Below, piece by piece: positions 21,190 to 34,025 of a stretch of DNA of 64,000 bases (positions within the stretch are counted from its first letter, which is position 1; each line of letters begins with the position of its first letter). Made by a program: the position numbers and the translations under genes. The notes under the pieces are model-generated. The model had not been told where the DNA came from, searched no databases, and saw only the letters and a program-made list of their open reading frames with translations. The stretch lies in the NCBI GenBank assembly GCA_002269645.1, contig NIVC01003341.1, forward strand, positions 39,274 through 103,273, written 5' to 3'. The stretch comes from Macrostomum lignano. Lineage: Eukaryota.

Positions 21190-22995
21190 GCCAAGCACAG
21201 CCAAGAAGGAGACAAGTCGGCCGCATCTTCAAAACCAGATTCGGGTCGCCACCTTCAATGCCCGCACTCTCAGTCAGACATGGAGACTGCAGGAGCTGAC
21301 AAGGCTGGCGGCCGACCTCAACATCTCCATCCTGGCAGTTCAAGGACATCGGCGGCAGACTGTGGATCTGGGCCTAATCTGGCAATTCAAGGCTGCCCCA
21401 GCCACTCCCCAGGGAATTGGAGGCATCGGCTTCCTGCTGTCGCCCGTCGCATCCTGAGCGCTGCTGGACATCAGGTTCCCACCCGAGCGCCTGGGACACG
21501 CCTCCTTTGCCGGAAAAGACAGGCGGCTTCACGTCATCTGCGTCTATTCTCCAACGGCCCCCCCCCGGACCAGCGAAGATCCGTCGGAGACAGAAGCCCT
21601 TTACGACACTTCGGGCTGCATGCTTGATTCCATCCCTGCTCGTGACTGTCATTGTTGCTGGGTGACTTCTGGTGACTTCATAAGCTGTGGCATCCCCAAT
21701 GCCAACTCACCTTTTCTGTCCAGTTTTATCCAGGCCAGAGATTTGATGACTGTCAATGTCACCATGCGACAGCGCTTCAGCAAGTTTCAAAATTTCTCTG
21801 GCCCCAACGGACGAACCACTCGGCTAGACTGGATTCTTTGCCCAACTGCCCTGAGGTCCAGGGTGCGCAGAGTCCTCAACATCCGCCCCGACTGCGTTCA
21901 ATCTGATGACCGCCTGGTGGCATGCGACTTCGATCAGCACTAGCAAAAGCTACGGCCTGCGCCACCTCACCCGCTCTGGGCAACCCGGACACGCGGCTGG
22001 CCTTCCTACGCAAGTTGCTTGCCGCTACTCTTGTTCCAGCCGAGTACTTCGAGTCTTCATCACGCCGTCGAGGATGCTGCAGCGCTTCTCCCACGGAGAC
22101 AGGCAAACCATCCAAAGCCCCTTTGGGACCGCGATCTCATCATCTCCCAGGCAAGGCGGCATGTGCAGAGCACTGCTGCACTCCACGGCCATGACAGCGA
22201 CCAGGCCAGTGCTGCCATGGACGAGCTGCAGCTCATCTACGCCCAGCGGACTGAAACCTTCATCGAAGAGGCTGTGAGCGAAATCCAACTCGCTACTGAC
22301 AACTGCCGCCATAGTGCTGCCTGGAGGGCCATCAACCAGCTGACTGGCAGGAAGCCCAGGCCCAACACCATCGTCGGCACTGATTCCACCGAGCACCGCA
22401 AGGCCCTGCTGGCCACCCACTACCGCGAGGTGCTCAACGCGCCCGCTCCAACTGCGCCTCTCCAACTGACCATACGAGCTGATGCCGCCGCTAGGGTGGA
22501 CGCCATCCCTCCCAGCGGTCCTCAAGCTGGCCGAGCTCACCCCAATCATTACCAGCCTGCTGAAAAAGCACTGCAGCCTTGGAGGCAACGAGGCTCCTCA
22601 GCAATGGCACACCTCCAATATTGTCTCCATCTCCACCGATCGCTGCTGAGATACGCGCTGGGCGTGCATTATCCGGAGCGCCTGTCGACTAACGCTCTGA
22701 TGGCCCGCGCTGGAACTCCGCCCCCCTGAGCGCTATCCTGCGACGGCGCCGTCAGATGCTGCTGGGCCACTGCCTACGGACCCTGGGTCGCTGTGCGCCC
22801 GTCCCTGGCCCTGGCCATGCTGCACGGGCCGACCGAGCAAAATTGCGCCGCGGCCAGGCCCGCACTGCCAAATCTATAAGAGCTATAACGGACTGCTCAT
22901 CGCGCTGACCTGCAGGCGCTTGCGCTGACCCCTCAGGCTGCTGCTGCCTGCCCCTCCAGCCTGTTCTCTCTCCTCTGCGTCTTAAAAAAAAATAT
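21190..22995 (+). mobile_element. Degenerate non-LTR retrotransposon (RTE-like): AP endonuclease remnant, RT core deleted
   Basis: Broken frame reads IRVATFNARTL...ISILAVQ...GIGGIGFLLSP...HVICVYSPTA...RLDWIL...SDDRLVACDF, an APE endonuclease motif set. The linker then reaches PQQWHTSNIVSI, joined directly to C-terminal HRSLLRYALG...RRRRQMLLGHCLR. There are stops and frameshifts and an A/TA-rich 3' end. Confidence 0.85.
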
Positions 22996-25319
22996 ATATA
23001 TACGCGCGTGAGGCCTGAGGATTTTTAATTGTGAAGCCTAAAACGCCCCGAATAGGGTGTAGCAATTGAATTATTCTTAGATCGTTGAGATTTGAAATGG
23101 CTGTTAATAAATATCATTATGCATCACATGTACATGTACTTTCCTGATGATCGAGAAAGCCGCTGTAAATGACTAGAAATTTGGTGAGGGAGCCTGTGCA
23201 ACATTCCGACGTCCGTCGTCAACTTACCCGACGTCGATGGATGTCTCTAGCAAATATCTCTTTTTACATTGCGTCGACGGATAAACGACGTTATAGGTCG
23301 GCCAAACGTCGTAAATTGAAAATCATTTTAAAGTACCTTTTTAGCAGCGAAGTCATATGTTGGACGTCAAATTAATAAGTCGGCCGGCGTCATCGACGTT
23401 GGATTGCTCTACGGGGGTAGATGTGGGGGGGGGGTTCAGAACCAACAGGAGGGAGAAGGTGGGCGCGCTTGGTTTGGTAAAAAAACTCGCTTGGTCTTGG
23501 CCTGTACAATCTTTCGGGGTCTCAATTCAAGGGCGGTCTCGATCCGGTTGTTGTGCCTCTGGCTATCACATCTACAATGTAGTTAGTAAAATTTCTGTAA
23601 AATAGATATAAACTCTTTATAAATACAGTTCAACGGAGGAAAATTTACAGTTATAGTTATTAAAAAGCTTACTGTCAGTCTGTTCAAAAATCGTTATTAA
23701 TATTTTATTTTCCGTGGATGGTTGCAAATTATAAAATTCGATTTGCCGTTTTTCCGAGAAATAGATTTGTCTTGATTTGTGTTTTATTGTTATGTGCAGT
23801 TAACTTGTATCCAATCTCTGTCTGATTGTTAGTATCTGATTGTTAGTTTAAAATATAAAAGCAACCCTATAACTCTTAGTTATATGTAATTATTTCTCTT
23901 GCAGCTTATGTGAATGCCGAATATAATGCGCTTTGGTACAGTTTAGGTTTAATATGAATTATACAATTGCAAATTCAGATTTTGGTTGTTAAATATTTTT
24001 TGCCAAATTGAAAGAGTAAAAAGCATCATCAATGCAACATTATAATCTAAATCATTTTATTTATTCACATTCCCTATTTCTTTGTTACTTAGAACACTTT
24101 GAACTGATGTTAATAATAAAATAATGGAAGATATATAAGGACAAGATTTTATAATATGTAGACTTTCAAAAATAGGATTACTTTGTCTTTGTCCTTTGTT
24201 TTATATTGTTGGAATTGCTTTTTTATTATTCTTTATCTATTTCACATCAATTTCTACTCATATCTTGTATATATCAAATAATTATTTTTTAAGTTTATCT
24301 TAAAATTTTTATACACTAATTTGAAAGATCTGGTTATATACTATGATATCTTGACTTGGACAAGAAGAAAATATTTAGAAGCAATATTGCTTTATTGCAT
24401 TCACAAATTCTTTATATTTTCAGTTTATACAGTTTTATTTATAATGATTTAGTACCCACTGTTTATACTATAGAAATAGAAAAAGTTAAGAAGATAAATA
24501 AATTTTGGTTAATAGTAAAACTAAACTAAAACTAGTAAAACTAAATTTTATTTAGAGGTTATATAGGAATTGTACCTCTGATTTTATCATTTGTTTTTCT
24601 TATATGTATAACTATAATCAAAAAACAAATGATAAAAATAATACAAATGATAAAATATATATTCAACAAAAACAATATATAACAACTGTCATTGTTGTTT
24701 TTGTATATTTAATTTAATAATTTAATAAGAGTTTCTGCCCCAACAATTTAAAGTGTATAAACATTGTTTATCAATTTAATTTGGTACATATGTTTATACT
24801 ACTAATTTGCAATTGTTTTACCAATATATTTATTAATATTAGTCTTGAATTTTTTTAAATAATGTGTAAAACATATGGATTTAGATTGACTACCTTGCAT
24901 TAACATATACAAGTTATAAATATGATAGCCAAGCTTGCTTAAGACATATCATAGAAAAAATATTTATATATAAATATATATATATATATATAAGTTAGGC
25001 AGTAGTCCATTCCTATTTTCAGCACATTTTTGTTGCTATTAGTAGAATGATATAATCATCTTACCTTTAGAGGTATTAGACCTTTGACCATTGTCAGTAA
25101 AATTAAAACTAAGCCATATTAAAAGATAACAATTATCAGAAAACTTTATCAGTATCTCATCACTCAAAATATTAACCGCCAGCCTCAAGGCATTTTCCCC
25201 ACCACCACATGAGTCTGTCAATGCCGGCACTGATGCCACTCTTTGTTGTGGCTGCCATTCCTTCGCGATAAGCCCCATTGACTTCCTCCTTGCTGCTAAA
25301 ACGTCGGCCTCACATTGTC

Positions 25320-26520
25320 TCCTTGATCCTAAGGAAGAGGAAAAGTCGCACAGGCTGAGATCTGGCAAATAAGGTGGGTGTGGAAGAATTTCCCCGCCCC
25401 ATGAGGCTTCAATCACCAATTTCTTGCGATGTGGAGCAGCGTTGTCTTTTGGTTTTTTGTGCAAATGGGTGCGAATAGCATCCTGGTCTTAAAAATTGCA
25501 CCCTGAAATTTGACTCAGGGTGCGAGAAGCGCACCAGAATTTTTTGCAAGGATGTGATGCTGATTTCACAATTTAGTGTTATGGGCGTCTTAAGTCCATA
25601 ACTTCGTATTCTTAGAATTAGCCAGCTGAGTGAGCTGAGCTGCTGAGCTGAGGCTGAGGGGAAAATTATAAGGAAATCAAACAATTAAGTTAAGCGTTTG
25701 GAATTTGGATCATCATTGGATGGTTTGGATGGACAGAAACTTTGAAACACACTATTAGTGTTAGACCAGTTTTTGTCTGCAGCAGTGCAGCGCATCCTGG
25801 TCTTGAAAATCGCACCCTGAAATCTAGCACAGGGTGCAAAATCGCACCCAAGTTATGGACGAAAAAAGCCCAGGTTGTCTTGCAGCAGGATTGGGCCCTG
25901 GGCGTGCAAGCTCGGCCTTCTGTCGCGAATGGCACTTTGCATCTTGCGCAGCACTTGCAGATCATAGTCACCATTGACTGTCTGGCTGGCAGGAACAGCC
26001 TGATCGAAGATGATGTCCTCGCGATCAAAGAAAGTCACATGCATGATTTCCAGCTGAGCAATGCTCCCCGCAGCCTTCACTGGCCTTGGAGAGCCAGGCC
26101 GGCACCAAGATGCGCTCTGCCGCTTCAGTTCAGCCTCCCGCGAGTGAGCCCAAGTCTCATCACAAGCCACGATTCTCTGAAGAAACTGAAGCCCCTCGCG
26201 CCTGTGTCTTTGCAGATGAGCTGCTCTGAGAGTTGTGCGGCAGACCTTCTGCTCCTCTGACAAGATGTGAGGCACCCACCACGCGCAAATCTTCCTGACT
26301 CCAAGATCTTCAGTAAGCATCTCATGGATTATCATGAGACACGCCAGTAGACTCAGCCAGCTGACGACTGAACAGGGCCTTCCACTTCGAGGTTCGTCAT
26401 GAACGTCCTCCTTGCCGTCAAGAACACCTGCCATCCAGCGACGTGACGTCCAGTGTCATGACGGGCAAGAGTCTCATGCCATGGCTCGATGCATGATGGC
26501 GTGTGTCTCTGTTGGAGACA
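25320..26520 (-). mobile_element. Decayed mariner (Tc1/mariner) transposase, interrupted by an insertion
   Basis: Motifs DEPRSGRP, WVPHIL, IVACDETW, QDN|AAPH and HPPYLPDLSLCDF (YSPDLAP-like). Internal deletions and frameshifts are present. No TIRs were confidently found. Confidence 0.9.
25448..25873. mobile_element. ~425-bp non-autonomous insertion nested in the mariner, at the second catalytic Asp region
   Basis: Flanked by a 7-bp duplication GTTGTCT (25441-25447 and 25874-25880). Internal CACCCTGAAAT/GGGTGCGA repeats. Removing it restores QDNAAPH. Confidence 0.7.
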
Positions 26521-26880
26521 GCCCAAGCAAGGCGTGAAACTTGATACTGGTTCGTTTGTCTTCTTTAGAGAAGCTTTTTTTGCAAAACGGAGGTGTTCAT
26601 AATAAGACTTGTAAATTTTCTGCTGTAAAGCTAGGTTTCTAGATTTCAAGCCAAGTTTTTTGTAACAGGCACTTTATATACCAGGCAGTGGCCTGGGTTT
26701 AGCCGCATTTCGTTACGTAACTTACAAATATATATATTGGTCAATAAGCAAAACTTTTCTGACAGCCCTCTCTCATATTCATAAAAGTGCCTCAAAAATC
26801 GATGACTGATTAAAATGAGTTCAACAGTTTTCACATTTTGCAAATATGTTATAGCAAACTGATTGAATTTCAGCTAAGCA

Positions 26881-28538
26881 ATGGCATCTGCAGTGGTACG
26901 CTGTGTTGGAAAGCTCAACTCCAATCGCACAGCCCTGTTTTTGTGCGACATGCAAGAGAAATTTCGAAAAACAATCACTCACTTTCCTGCCATTGTTGAC
27001 ACTTCTTCTCGGATGCTGCGAGCCTGTCAGATAATGAAGATGCCAGTCTTTGTCACTGAGCAGTATCCAAAAGGTGATTGTGGCATTGATTCACATTTCT
27101 GACATTGGAGTTATCTATATGCAGTCTTTCTCCCTTCTCGATGACTCAGCAGGCATCTCTACCCCCTACTCACCTACTCAATGACTCAGCAGGCATCTCT
27201 ACCCCCTACTCACCTACTCAATGACTCAGCAGGCATCTCTACCCCCTACTCACCTACTCAATGACTCAGCAGGCATCTCTACCCCCTACTTACCTACTCA
27301 ATGACTCAGCAGGCATCTCTACCCCCAACTCACCACTCAGCAGGCATCTCTACCCCCCAACTCACCTACTCAATAACTCAGCAGGCATCTCTACCTCCCA
27401 ACTCACCTACTCAATGACTCAGCAGGCATCTCTACCCCCTACTCACCTACTCAATGACTCAGCAGGCATCTCTACCCTGATGGCATTCCAGGTCTCAGTC
27501 ATACAGTTCCTGAACTCGGCGACCTCTCAGGAGTCACCGTTATAGACAAGACCCAGTTTTCAATGTGTGTCAATGCCGTCATGTCTGCCCTACCGTCCGA
27601 AATTGACTCGGTTCTGCTGTGCGGCATCGAAGCTCACGCCTGCGTTCAGCAAACAAGTCTGGACCTGCTCGAGAAGAATTTTCAGGTGCACGTGATTGTT
27701 GATGCTGTTAGTTCCAGGAATCCGGTTGACAGGTGAGGACAGAGCCTTGTCAGTAGTTTTTAAATAAATATTTTCAATTGTTGCTATGTTTAAATTTAAG
27801 TTTGGTCAGTTTAAAAATCTACATCCCAGAGTTTCAGGCTGAACTTTCTCAAGAATTTTCATGTTGAGTCACTGCCAGATTCTCATGTTGAGTCACTGTC
27901 AGATTCTCATGTTGAGTCACTGCCAGATTCTCATGTTGAGTCACTGTCAGATCCTCATGTTGAGTCACTGCCAGATCCTCATGTTGAGTCACTGTCAGAT
28001 CCTCATGTTGAGTCACTGTCAGATTCTCATGTTGAGTCACTGTCAGATTCTCATGTTAGATCACACTGCCAGATCTTCATGTTAGATCACACTGCCAGAT
28101 CCTCATGTTAGATCACACTGCCAGATCTTCATGTTAGATCACACTGCCAGATCCTCATGTTAGATCACACTGCCAGATCTTCATGTTAGATCACACTGCC
28201 AGATTCTCATGTTGAGTCACTGTCAGTCTCCCAGATCCTTAGGTTGATTCAACCCCCCCCCCTTTTGAGTACCTCAACCAGAATTAATCGTGAGGTAAAT
28301 CAATAACGTGGCTCTCATGCATACTTTTGTCATTAATCCCCGATTCAGAATGTACGCCCTGGACCGGATGAAGTCGGCAGGGTGCTGGCTGACCACATCG
28401 GAGTCGGCAGTCTTGGCTCTGCTTCGCGACGCCTCGCACCCGCACTTCAAAGAGGTGCAGAAAATTATCTGGGAGCCGTCGCTTGACTCCGGCCTGCTGC
28501 AGCCCGGCGGGCGCGAACCAAGCGGTGGGAAACTCTGA
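26881..28538 (+). CDS. ISOC2: Isochorismatase domain-containing protein (ISOC1/ISOC2 family), 3 exons, 207 aa
   Basis: Exons 26881-27073, 27492-27732 and 28349-28538 are GT-AG and in phase (624 nt). Motifs [45 protein letters not shown] and [24 protein letters not shown] are typical of the family. ISOC1 versus ISOC2 was not tested. Confidence 0.93.
27141..27478. repeat. 40-bp minisatellite in ISOC intron 1
   Basis: Unit ATGACTCAGCAGGCATCTCTACCCCCTACTCACCTACTCA. Confidence 0.95.
27855..28225. repeat. 24-bp minisatellite in ISOC intron 2
   Basis: Unit TCTCATGTTGAGTCACTGTCAGAT with a second variant (GTTAGATCACACTGCC). Confidence 0.95.
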
Positions 28539-28759
28539 GCAATTCTGAGCAATTAGCAGATCAGATCAGCCTTGATTGCTGACTTTGACCAGCACCAAGA
28601 TCCGTCTGTAGTCGAAGGATAAAAAGTTACTGTAGTTTTATTGAAATGAAAATTTATTTGAAGTTTTAATTTTGCCGCGAAATTCATGAGCAAGATAAGG
28701 ATTTTTCACTAATTTGATTGTTGGTTCAGTTTAGTTACTACAGATAAACAAAAGTTGAT

Positions 28760-29008
28760 TACACCTGCCCTAATTGGGCCAGATGTGCAACCGACAGCTC
28801 AGCCGCAGCTATTGCGCGACGCATCTGAAGGCTGCGTACGGCTGTTCAGTCCAAGGACTGGGGGTCGCCACTCACCCTCAATTACCCCAGCTAATGCTGG
28901 CACCCATTTTACAGCTGGGTGAACTGAAGCAATGCAGAGTTAAGTGTCTTGCTCAAGGACACAAATTGTTCCGAGTGGGTCGAGAATCGAACCCCCGACC
29001 TACAACCC
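28760..29008 (-). mobile_element. SINE family 1, second copy, with ~35 bp deleted from the tRNA head (A box lost)
   Basis: The reverse complement matches 5001-5290 closely but joins GGGTTGTAG directly to GTCGGGGGTTCGATTC. Confidence 0.85.
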
Positions 29009-29569
29009 TAGGTGAGAAAAACAAACAAAAGTAAAAATTTATTATACCTATCGACATTTCATTAGTTTGGAAATTGTTTAAAGAAACCCGAAAAATTCTA
29101 TCTTGCAAATGCATTTATAGAGCGAAAAATTATGACTTCAAATAAAAATTAAGTATGATTTACAAAGCAAATAGTCGCTGACAAGCCAAGCCCATCAATT
29201 CTTTTGGATTTGGTTTCTGTTTTGATTTTTTTATTATGTATTAAAGTTTTCTATGCAAAAAAATCTACTTTGTCACTTGTGTTTTAGTAGCCCCTAATTA
29301 TTTTAACAAACCATTTAGCGATAGTATTTAAAATCTATAGAGTTTAATAAACGATGAGATAAATTAACTGTCAAATTTTATTTACTGATTTGTTTAATTA
29401 AGCAGAAACAATAATTGTTCTCGAGTTTTGAATCTTGATAACTGTAGCAAGTGTTGAGAATATCATGTATTTAATGTATTAAAATGTTAAATTCTCATAG
29501 GCTGCGGTTTGCGATAGGCTTGCACTTGAGCAAACCGGCTTTTGTGCCCAAGCACGCTCCTTCTGTGCG

Positions 29570-30010
29570 CCCCCCCCCTGCCGCGTGTGTACGTTCTGTA
29601 TCGTGTCGGTTAGGTGGGCGCCCCCCCCGCCGCGTGTGTACGTTCTGTATCGTGTCGGTTAGGTGGGCGCCCCCCCCCGCCGCGTGTGTACGTTCTGTAT
29701 CGTGTCGGTTAGGTGGGCGCCCCCCCCCCCGCCGCGTGTGTACGTTCTGTATCGTGTCGGTTAGGTGGGCGCCCCCCCCGCCGCGTGTGTACGTTCTGTA
29801 TCGTGTCGGTTAGGTGGGCGCCCCCCCCGCGTGTGTACGTTCTGTATCGTGTCGGTTAGGTGGGCGCCCCCCGCCGCGTGTGTACGTTCTGTATCGTGTC
29901 GGTTAGGTGGGCGCCCCCCCGCCGCGTGTGTACGTTCTGTATCGTGTCGGATAGGTGGGCGCCCCCCCCGCCGCGTGTGTACGTTCTGTATCGTGTCAGT
30001 TAGTGGGCGC
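29570..30010. repeat. ~48-bp GC-rich minisatellite, ~9 copies
   Basis: Unit CCGCGTGTGTACGTTCTGTATCGTGTCGGTTAGGTGGGCG plus a variable C run. Confidence 0.95.
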
Positions 30011-30277
30011 CCCCTCCCCCTCCGCCGGCGGGGTTTCTTTATAAATAATGTATTTTAAAGTACAAAAAAAGTGATTTTGAGTTTGCAAAACGTTTGATCT
30101 TGAAACACACTCTGGCTGGGGAGTTCAGATCAAATGTAAAAACTATAAGGATTTTCAGTCGCAAAATCGTGTCCATTATAAAAGAATTTTGTTGTACTTT
30201 TCTCTAGCAAATAGGGCCTCAGAAAGAATACATTTAAAACAGCACTCTAGTTATTTTGATCGCAAATATCATATTCA

Positions 30278-31048
30278 TTAGTCGAATGGCGACACGCACT
30301 CGCAAAAGGCTCTGTAGTTGCTTTCTGACTCGAATAAATCGGCTAGGCCAGTTTTGCCGTAGTATCTGCCCACAACATTGTCCTTTTCGTCGTTATTGTC
30401 GGGCTCACTAGCGGCCCACAGAGAGCGGTCCACAGTGAGGTTGCAGCCGACCCAGTACCAGCCACCATCCCGCTCAGGACTGCCGGGTGGCTGATAGCCT
30501 CCAAGCCAGATCGAATCGCTTACAACTTGAGCTTGCCAGAGAGATTCCACGCGCTGCATCTCAGCGTCGTCCATCACGTCGGCCATGATCACCAGCCCGA
30601 GCTCCGCCTCGCACTTCTGCCTGCTCAGCCACCAGTTTCCAGCCTCAGCCAGCAGCTTGTACTTCACTCCGCACAGGTCGTCTCCGTAGCCAGCCGGACA
30701 CAGAGCGCCCGGCCGCAGTCCCGGCTGCTGCTTCACAAACACGCGGCCTCTCCTGGAGCAGCCGCAGTCCTTCACCGACTTGCTGCACCTGTCGAACACG
30801 AACAGCTGGCACGGAGAGTCGGCTGTGCTGAATGCCTGGCAGCGCTGGTTGCCGCTGCACAGGGCGGCGCACTCGATCTTGCTGGCAGCTCGCGGGTGAG
30901 ACTGCACGAACTCGGGCCTGATGCACAGGCTGCCCTCGATGCTTTGGTAGTTGGACAGTCCTTGGCTACCAGCTGCGGCACCAAGAATAGCCAGGACAAG
31001 CAGTGCAGCAGCAGTGGCCACAATGATAGCTTGATTGCTGATAGCCAT
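30278..31048 (-). CDS. Secreted PAN/apple-like + C-type lectin domain protein, copy 1 (EPD motif), intronless, 256 aa
   Basis: Open ORF with signal peptide MAISNQAIIVATAAALLVLAILGAAA. PAN-like SKIECAALCSGNQRCQAFS. CTLD W..SRQKC, IWLGG, WYW, W...EPDN and FCEC. Confidence 0.88.
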   Translation of the reverse strand: MAISNQAIIVATAAALLVLAILGAAAGSQGLSNYQSIEGSLCIRPEFVQSHPRAASKIECAALCSGNQRCQAFSTADSPCQLFVFDRCSKSVKDCGCSRRGRVFVKQQPGLRPGALCPAGYGDDLCGVKYKLLAEAGNWWLSRQKCEAELGLVIMADVMDDAEMQRVESLWQAQVVSDSIWLGGYQPPGSPERDGGWYWVGCNLTVDRSLWAASEPDNNDEKDNVVGRYYGKTGLADLFESESNYRAFCECVSPFD

Positions 31049-31984
31049 AGTTTTTGTAGAGTTTGACGCTTTTAGTGTGACGATCAATGCGGGTGAAGCA
31101 GGGAGCCGAGCAATGCGGATCCCACAGCTTTTATCCTTATTTCATCCATGTGAAACACGGAAGCGGTGCTATCCTGCCTTTGCAAAAATAGCGGACGAAG
31201 AGAATCATCTCCTGCAGAAAAGCTAGCGGGCCAGAACTGGATTTGGTTCCGAGTAGGTAGCCAGCCGAATCTTTCTCGGCACTCCAGGAACTTCTCTCGC
31301 GTTTAGGAAAACTTTCGATAACCATCAGGACTTTGCCGTCGATCTAAGCTGCAATAAATTCCTGTCCTCATCGTCTTTACTATTTCTTTGTTGGAAGTTT
31401 TCACGCCTATACATTGTACTCATGTACTCGCAAGAGGAAGTGCTAGCTACATGTACATCCGCTCAGAAGCGTAAAGTCAAAGAAACTTGAAGGCCGCCTT
31501 TACAACGGAACCTCGAAATGTTTTCCGCGGGTTGAAAGCTTTTAAGGGCTGCATAGAAAATGCTTCCGTCACTCCCATGGATAGTCCTGTATTCTGCTGC
31601 CAGGCTTTATATCAAGTTTAGAAGCAACAGAAATCTGAGAGTAAAAAGTTAATTCAGACGTAATTTGCTTTCTTTGAGTTGCAACTCGCATGCGGTGTTA
31701 AGTCAATTTTCAGACAGGCGGCCCGCGGGACCCAACTGACAGCCGAGAAGTAGACAAGTAGAGCTACTGATCTAGCAGCTCAAAAACTGTGGCTCAGACG
31801 CACAGAACCGTGATTTCTAATGTAATTTAGATTATATAATATAAAAACAATGACCTTGTGTTCCCCGGGGAGTTAACGAGTTGTTACTCGATCAGAATGA
31901 AACTGTCCCCACCAATAAGTTCCCAAATATAAGCTTTCCTTGAATCTAATGTAGATGGCTCCGTTGAATTTGATTTGAGCACGC

Positions 31985-32955
31985 GAGGTTTCCCGCAGCG
32001 GGGTTTTCCCTCAGCGAGGTTTTCCCTCAGCGAGGTTTTCCCTCAGCGAGGTTTCCCGCAGCGAGTTTCCCGCAGCGGGGTTTTCCCTCAGCGAGGTTTT
32101 CCCTCAGTGAGGTTTTCCCTCAGCGAGGTTTTCCCTCAGCGAGGTTTTCCCGCAGCGAGGTTTTCCCTCAGCGAGGTTTCCCGCAGAGGTTTTCCCTCAG
32201 CGAGGTTTTCCCTCAGCGAGGTTTTCCCTCAGCGAGGTTTTCCCGCAGCGAGGTTTTCCCTCAGCGAGGTTTCCCGCAGAGAGGTTTTCCCGCAGCGAGG
32301 TTTTCCCTCAGCGAGGTTTCCCGCAGCGAGTTTCCCGCAGGGGGGTTTTCCCTCAGCGAGGTTTTCCCTCAGCGAGGTTTTCCCTCAGCGAGGTTTCCCG
32401 CAGCGAGTTTCCCGCAGCGGGGTTTTCCCTCAGCGAGGTTTTCCCTCAGTGAGGTTTTCCCTCAGCGAGGTTTTCCCGCAGCGAGGTTATCCCTCAGCGA
32501 GGTTTCCCGCAGAGGTTTTCCCGCAGCGAGGTTTCCCTCAGCGAGGTTTTCCCTCAGCGAGGTTTCCCGCAGAGGTTTCCCGCAGAGGTTTTCCCGCAGC
32601 GAGGTTTCCCTCAGCGAGGTTTTCCCTCAGCGAGGTTTTCCCGCAGCGAGGTTTTCCCTCAGCGAGGTTTCCCGCAGCGAGGTTTTCCCTCAGTGAGGTT
32701 TTCCCTCAGTGAGGTTTTCCCTCAGCGAGGTTTTCCCTCAGTGAGGTTTTCCCTCTGCGAGGTTTTCCCTCAGCGAGGTTTTCCCTCAGCGAGGTTTTCC
32801 CTCAGTGAGGTTTTCCCTCAGCGAGGTTTTCCCGCAGAGAGGTTTCCCTCAGCGAGGTTTCCCGCAGAGAGGTTTCCCTCAGCGAGGTTTCCCGCAGAGA
32901 GGTTTCCCTCAGCGAGGTTTCCCGCAGAGAGGTTTCCCTCAGCGAGGTTTCCCGC
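31985..32955. repeat. 16-bp minisatellite (AGCGAGGTTTTCCCTC)n between the two lectin genes
   Basis: Directly visible. Confidence 0.96.
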
Positions 32956-34025
32956 CTCCTGCTGGGATCATAAAAAGAGAATACGATGTACACATGCATG
33001 CCTTACATGCTAGTCAAGGCAATGTGCAATGTGCAGTGTAAAGTGTAGTATATGCGTGGGTAAAACTGTTTCCTACATGCAACCTACTCATAGTAAGTCC
33101 TAGGCGTTCTAATCCCTGGTTTGCAAACTGATAAATATATTGGAAGCAAAGCAAAGACTGGCGGGAGAGAATCTGTGCTGGAGAGGTTCCTGTGAGAAAA
33201 CCTCCTGCAGGAAAAGTTCGCCGCAAGAAAACTTTTTGTTTGCGTCCCCGTGAAAACACTGAAGAATGTGAGGGTGCGTTAGTAAAAAAGCTTTGAGTGT
33301 TTGATTTTCCCTGTTTCATAACTGAAATCTGGAAATTATAGTAGATGCCGATGATATAAGACATTTTCTCAATCTAAAAAGCTGATGTTTTTTTCATGCA
33401 AAGCAATGCATTTAACCACACTGACTTAGCATAGCTTGTACAGAGAAGTCCCATGAGGTGTTCAATTGTCTCAACAGCGCATGCTTACTGAGCAACGCGT
33501 GGCTCTATGATTTCAGTTTAGCTTGCAGCTATACTTTTTATTTACGAGAAACTGCTCCTAGATTTAGTATTTTCACCGATGCCAATATCCAGTTTATTTT
33601 ATTTAGTGGAATCAATTCACTGCTGCTCACCTAAGCTGCAATTTTCATCGGTAGAACAATTTAATTCCAATGTTTAAATAGAAATTTTGATTTCATCTAC
33701 GAAGAAGTGAGAACTAATTTAATATTGAAATACATTTGAATGCGCCAGAAAATTATGGAAAAATAATTCGTTACAACATTCTGCCAATAGATATAAATAT
33801 AGATACAATTACAGTCAATTCAATGAAACAGAAGTCCGCACCTAGTTCTGCGGTTGAATCGGTTATACACTATAGAGAGAAAATGGTGTCGTCACATTAC
33901 ATGTAGCTACGTAACAAAGAAGAAACAGTTTTTTGGCTACAAAGTTTCAAAAAGTTTCGAAAAGTTTCTCGCATGCGGAATAACTATAATCGCCTTCCAG
34001 AGATTTTCATGTGGAATTTGGTAGC

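Noticed and set aside
23180-23416. GACGTC-rich MITE
   Set aside because: The motif clustering is visible, but I could not define matching TIRs or a TSD.
31975-33041. ORFs rich in FPQRGF
   Set aside because: They are products of the 16-bp satellite.
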